Origin: an uncultured Ectothiorhodospiraceae bacterium
Lineage (GTDB): Bacteria; Pseudomonadota; Gammaproteobacteria; Nitrococcales; Nitrococcaceae
Reading direction: 5' to 3'
NCBI GenBank assembly: GCA_964487155.1
Contig: CAZAQB010000003.1
Span: 13,125-77,124, forward strand
Length of the DNA: 64,000 bases
Positions 60,354 to 64,000 of this stretch are shown in pieces. Position numbers and translations under genes: made by a program. A model generated the notes under the pieces. That model was not told the DNA's origin. It saw only the letters and a list, made by a program, of their open reading frames with translations, and did no database searches. Each line of letters starts with the position of its first letter. The stretch's first letter is position 1.

Positions 60354-60731
60354 TCAGGCGGCGGCCGCCAGAGCGAACAGACCCAGCACGCAGCCGAAGG
60401 CGGCGGTCCACACCAGGCTGCGGGCCGCTGGCCGGTCGGCGATGTAGAGCATCCCGTAGGCCAGCCGCAGCACTATAAAACCCGCCGCCAGGGCGTCCAC
60501 CGCGCCCCCGTGAGCACCGGCCTGGTGGGCAATGATCACCCCCGCCGCGAACGGCGCAAAGGCCTCGAAGCTGTTGAGCTGGGCCCAGTGGGCCCGCCGG
60601 CGCCAGCCCTCCAGCTGCTCCAGCCAGCGGCGCGGCGCGCGGTTGTCGTAGCGGGCGCTGGACTTGGCGAGCCCGGTGAACAGGTAGGGCAGCAGGGCTG
60701 CCGCCAGCACACACCAGTGGGCCAGGGTCAT
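60354..60731 (-). CDS. MAPEG family membrane protein
   Basis: MTLAHWCVLAAALLPYLFTGLAK...YDN..PR........GW..RA..AQ.N.FEAF..FAA.V........................R..Y...Y. Four TM segments. The start overlaps the purD stop (ATGA). Confidence 0.7.
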   Translation of the reverse strand: MTLAHWCVLAAALLPYLFTGLAKSSARYDNRAPRRWLEQLEGWRRRAHWAQLNSFEAFAPFAAGVIIAHQAGAHGGAVDALAAGFIVLRLAYGMLYIADRPAARSLVWTAAFGCVLGLFALAAAA

Positions 60732-62020
60732 GGAGCCTGCTCGCGGGCCACGGCCCGGTGGCCGATGTCCCGGCGGTAGCGGGCCCCCTGCCAGTGGATG
60801 GCCTCCACCGCCGGGTAGGCGCGCTCCCGGGCGGCGGTCACCGAATCCCCCAGGGCACAGACGCAGAGCACGCGGCCGCCGGCGGTGACCACGCGGTCCT
60901 GCTCGTCCCGCAGGGTGCCGGCATGAAACACCTTCAGGTCGTCGGCCTCGCTCTCCGGCAGGCCGTCGATGGGATAACCGCGGCCGTAGCTGCCCGGGTA
61001 GCCCTCGGCGCACATCACCACCCCCAGGGCGACCCGCGGATCCCAGTCGGCGCGGACCTCGTCCAGCCGGCCCTCGAGGCAGGCCAGGGCCAGTTCCACC
61101 AGGTCGGAGCGCAGCCGCATCACGATGGGTTGGGTCTCCGGGTCGCCGAGGCGGACGTTGTACTCCAGCACCCGCGGGACGCCGTCCTCGCCGATCATCA
61201 GGCCGGCGTAGAGAAAGCCGCGGAACGGCCGTCCCTCGGCGGCCATGCCGTCCACGGTGGGCTGAATGACCTGCTCCAGAATGCGCCGGGACAACTCCGG
61301 CGTGACCACCGGCGCCGGGGAGTAGGCGCCCATGCCGCCGGTGTTGGGGCCGGTATCCCCCTCTTCCAGGGCCTTGTGGTCCTGGCTGCTGGCGAGCGTC
61401 AGCACGCTGCGCCCATCCACCAGGGCGATGAAGCTCGCCTCCTCGCCGGTGAGGCAATCCTCCACCACCACCCGGGCGCCGGCCTCGCCGAAAGCGCCCT
61501 GCTCGAGGCTTTCCTCGACGGCCTGGACGGCCTGGTCCACGGTGGCGGCCACGGTGACCCCTTTGCCCGCGGCGAGCCCGTCCACTTTTACCACCAGGGG
61601 TGCACCGCGCTCGCGGACATAGTCCCGGGCGGAGTCGACGTCACTGAAACTGCGGTAGGCGGCAGTGGGAATGCCGTGGCGCTCCAGGAACTGCTTGGCG
61701 AACACCTTGGAGCCTTCCAGCTCGGCCGCCCCCCGGGTCGGCCCCAGGCAGTGCAGCCCGGCGGACTCGAAGGCATCCACCACGCCGGCCACCAGGGGCG
61801 CCTCCGGGCCCACCACGGTGAGCTCCACCTGGTACTGGCGCGCCAGATCCACCAGGGCGGTGACGTCGCCGACGCCGATGGCGACGTTGCGCACCTTGGG
61901 CTCCGCCTCGGTGCCGGCGTTGCCCGGCGCCACGAACACTTCCTCCACCGCCGGTGAGCGGGCCAGTTTCCAGGCCAGGGCGTGCTCCCGGCCGCCGCCT
62001 CCGATGATCAGGACTCGCAT
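60728..62020 (-). CDS. purD: Phosphoribosylamine--glycine ligase
   Basis: Start MRVLIIGGGGREHALAWKLA.S..V..VFVAPGNAGT. ATP-grasp core and C-terminal domain are present. Confidence 0.96.
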   Translation of the reverse strand: MRVLIIGGGGREHALAWKLARSPAVEEVFVAPGNAGTEAEPKVRNVAIGVGDVTALVDLARQYQVELTVVGPEAPLVAGVVDAFESAGLHCLGPTRGAAELEGSKVFAKQFLERHGIPTAAYRSFSDVDSARDYVRERGAPLVVKVDGLAAGKGVTVAATVDQAVQAVEESLEQGAFGEAGARVVVEDCLTGEEASFIALVDGRSVLTLASSQDHKALEEGDTGPNTGGMGAYSPAPVVTPELSRRILEQVIQPTVDGMAAEGRPFRGFLYAGLMIGEDGVPRVLEYNVRLGDPETQPIVMRLRSDLVELALACLEGRLDEVRADWDPRVALGVVMCAEGYPGSYGRGYPIDGLPESEADDLKVFHAGTLRDEQDRVVTAGGRVLCVCALGDSVTAARERAYPAVEAIHWQGARYRRDIGHRAVAREQAP

Positions 62021-62118
62021 GGGGCCTCCGGCTGGCCGCCGCAGCGGCGCTGTCAATGTGAAGGTCGCCCGACCGGGCGCCGGCGGCGCCGGGACGGGGT
62101 GCTAGCAGCAGCCTGTCG

Positions 62119-63690
62119 CTAGTGGCGAAAGTGGCGCATGCCGGTGAACACCATGGCGATGCCGTGCTCGTCGGCGGCGGCGATGACCTCCGGGTCGCGC
62201 ATCGAGCCTCCCGGCTGGATCACCGCCGCCACGCCAGCCGCCGCCGCCTGGTCGATCCCGTCCCGGAACGGGAAGAAGGCGTCCGAAGCCAGCACCGAGC
62301 CCGCCAGTTCCAGCTTGGCATCGGCGGCCTTGCGCACGCCGATGCGGGCACTGTCCACCCGGCTCATCTGGCCGGCACCGACCCCCAGGGTACGCTGCCC
62401 CCGGGCATAGACGATGGCGTTTGACTTGACGAACTTGGCCACCCGCCAGGCGAACAGCAGGTCGTCCCACTGCCCTGCATCGGGCTGCCGGGTGCTCACC
62501 ACCCGCGGCGGCGCCTCCGGCAGCACGCTCCGGTCGCGGTCCTGCACCAGCAGGCCGCCGTCGATCCCTGCCAGGTGCAGGGCGGCCCCCCGCGAGGCCT
62601 GGGCCTCCAGCAGTCTCACGTTGCGCTTGACGGCCGCCGCCTCCGCCGCCGCAGGCGGCACCTCCGGCGCCAGCAGCACCTCGACGAACTGGCGTTCCAG
62701 GATGGTGCCCACCGTGGCGGCGTCCAGCGGCCGGTTGAAAGCGATGATGCCGCCGAAGGCCGACACCGGATCGGTAGCGAAGGCTGCCTCGTAGGCGGCG
62801 CCGATGTCGGCGCCCACGGCGACGCCGCAGGGGTTGGCATGCTTGACGATCACGCAGGCCGGCGCGTCGAAGGCGGCCACGCACTGCAGCGCCGCGTCGG
62901 CATCGGCCAGGTTGTTGAAGGACAGCGCCTTGCCCTGGATCTGGCGGCCTGCCAGCAGGCCGCCGCCGGCGTCCGGATCCCGGTAGGCGGCGGCGCGCTG
63001 GTGGGGATTCTCGCCGTAGCGCAACTCGGCGCTGCGGCGCCACTGCCGCTGAAGGCTCTGGGGGAACGGCGTCGTCACCGCGCCGCTGGCGTCCCGACAC
63101 CCCAGGTAGTTGGCAATGGCTCCGTCGTAGCCGGCGGTATGGGCGAACGCCTTGGCGGCCAGCCGGTAGCGATGGTCCCGATCCAGGCCGCCGTTGCGCT
63201 CCAGAGCCTGCAGCAGCGCCGGGTAGTCGGCGCTGTCGGTGAGCACGGCCACCCGGTCGTGGTTCTTGGCTGCCGCCCGGATCATGGCCGGCCCGCCGAT
63301 GTCGATGTTCTCCACCGCGGCCTCCAGGAAGCAGTCCGGGCTGGCCACGGTGGCCTCAAACGGGTAGAGATTCACCACCAGCAGGTCGAGGGGCAGGATG
63401 CCCTGCTCGGCCATGACCGGCTCGTCCTGGCCGCGCCGGCCCAGCAGGGCGCCGTGGACCCGGGGATGCAGAGTCTTGACCCGGCCGTCCATGATCTCGG
63501 GAGCGCCGGTGTAGTCGGCGACTTCGGTCACCGGCAGGCCTGCCTCCCGTAGCAGCCGGGCGGTGCCCCCCGTGGACAGCAGTTCGACTCCGTGCGCGCG
63601 AAGGGCCTGGGCCAGGTCCACGATGCCCTGCTTGTCGGAGACGCTAAGCAGGGCACGGCGCACCGGCTGCAGGTCGGCGGTGTCAGTCAT
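62119..63690 (-). CDS. purH: Bifunctional AICAR transformylase / IMP cyclohydrolase
   Basis: [15 protein letters not shown]...[12 protein letters not shown]...[26 protein letters not shown]-terminal ...[31 protein letters not shown]. Confidence 0.97.
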   Translation of the reverse strand: MTDTADLQPVRRALLSVSDKQGIVDLAQALRAHGVELLSTGGTARLLREAGLPVTEVADYTGAPEIMDGRVKTLHPRVHGALLGRRGQDEPVMAEQGILPLDLLVVNLYPFEATVASPDCFLEAAVENIDIGGPAMIRAAAKNHDRVAVLTDSADYPALLQALERNGGLDRDHRYRLAAKAFAHTAGYDGAIANYLGCRDASGAVTTPFPQSLQRQWRRSAELRYGENPHQRAAAYRDPDAGGGLLAGRQIQGKALSFNNLADADAALQCVAAFDAPACVIVKHANPCGVAVGADIGAAYEAAFATDPVSAFGGIIAFNRPLDAATVGTILERQFVEVLLAPEVPPAAAEAAAVKRNVRLLEAQASRGAALHLAGIDGGLLVQDRDRSVLPEAPPRVVSTRQPDAGQWDDLLFAWRVAKFVKSNAIVYARGQRTLGVGAGQMSRVDSARIGVRKAADAKLELAGSVLASDAFFPFRDGIDQAAAAGVAAVIQPGGSMRDPEVIAAADEHGIAMVFTGMRHFRH

Positions 63691-63849
63691 TGCAGGTGAG
63701 TCCTCACTCGCGGCCCGCGCTGGCCGAGGGCCGGGCGCTGCCGACCGGGCGCTATCCCGAAGATTTCATGAATTTGTGCTGATATCGCGTAGGATATTGG
63801 TTTCACGAGGGACTTTTCGAAGGAGCGGCGTATCGGTGAGTACGGCCGA

Positions 63850-63930
63850 CTGAGAAAAGATGCCTTGTGGGGCCAATAGACAAGCGAGATCGGTGCAAAT
63901 TTGTGAAATCTTCGGGCTAGATTATACAGG
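63850..63930 (+). repeat. 81-nt lower-GC intergenic element, copy 2
   Basis: CTGAGAAAAGATGCCTTGTGGGGCCAATAGACAAGCGAGATCGGTGCAAATTTGTGAAAT... in the fis/purH spacer. Same orientation as copy 1 at 29950-30030. Confidence 0.8.
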
Positions 63931-63962
63931 GACGGCCGCGGAGCCGGATCGCGGCGCGGACT

Positions 63963-64000
63963 TCAGTGGTCGATCCGGTAGTGCTGGAGCTTCTTGCGCA
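63963..64000 (-). CDS. fis: DNA-binding protein Fis, C-terminal 12 codons (gene runs off the right edge)
   Basis: The reverse strand reads ..RKKLQHYRIDH*, resembling the Fis C-terminus (..LRKKLKKYGMN in E. coli). The position upstream of purH-purD matches the fis-purHD arrangement in Pseudomonas-like genomes. Very short, so tentative. Confidence 0.5.
   Translation of the reverse strand, partial: RKKLQHYRIDH

Noticed and set aside
1-64000. Search for prophage, integrase, transposase, toxin-antitoxin, restriction-modification or other defence modules
   Set aside because: None of the credible ORFs shows nuclease, helicase, methylase, integrase or transposase motifs that I can recognise. GC content and codon bias look uniform apart from short intergenic patches. 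I therefore do not claim a mobile or defence island.

Overview
This is a very GC-rich chromosomal segment with about 70 protein-coding genes. Its core synteny looks gammaproteobacterial: fis-purH-purD, rppH-ptsP, tyrS/M23 peptidase/anmK/erpA/argC/hemJ, rplU-rpmA, and nqrA at the left edge. I cannot name the organism from the sequence alone.

Most content is housekeeping or envelope and transport functions:
- Outer-membrane proteins OmpW and OmpA
- Transporters: a DctP binding protein next to an AEC permease, FetAB, CorA, a four-gene MCE/Mla-like lipid ABC system, AzlCD and a ClC channel
- An iron/haem set: hemJ, an Irr-like Fur-family regulator, bfr and bfd
- An anaerobic/NO set: hemN, nnrS and nsrR
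- Several signalling proteins: an HD-GYP protein, an Hpt/CheY/OmpR set with no kinase, PtsP, and a PatZ-like acetyltransferase

I recognised no rRNA, tRNA, CRISPR array, transposase, integrase, phage gene or canonical defence gene. The window therefore reads as core genome, not an accessory island, and I cannot point to a clear-cut new multi-gene system.

The items most worth a second look are:
- A roughly 300-bp nested-palindrome MITE-like repeat present in three copies
- E. coli-type REP pairs
- An 81-nt lower-GC element duplicated at two unrelated loci
- A GTACTAG heptamer array that places stop codons in all six frames
- A strong orphan terminator closing about 350 nt of unassigned DNA
- Unusual gene pairings: DctP+AEC; AMP-ligase+ACP opposite a PatZ-like acetyltransferase; small ORF-CheY-Hpt/pseudo-REC/degenerate-GGDEF beside an OmpR regulator with no kinase; bactofilin+methyltransferase-like protein; an ACT-V4R protein; an Irr-like regulator

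Many long ORFs in the supplied track are wrong-frame or antisense shadows typical of high-GC DNA, and I did not call them. All homology calls come from reading motifs by eye; no database was searched.
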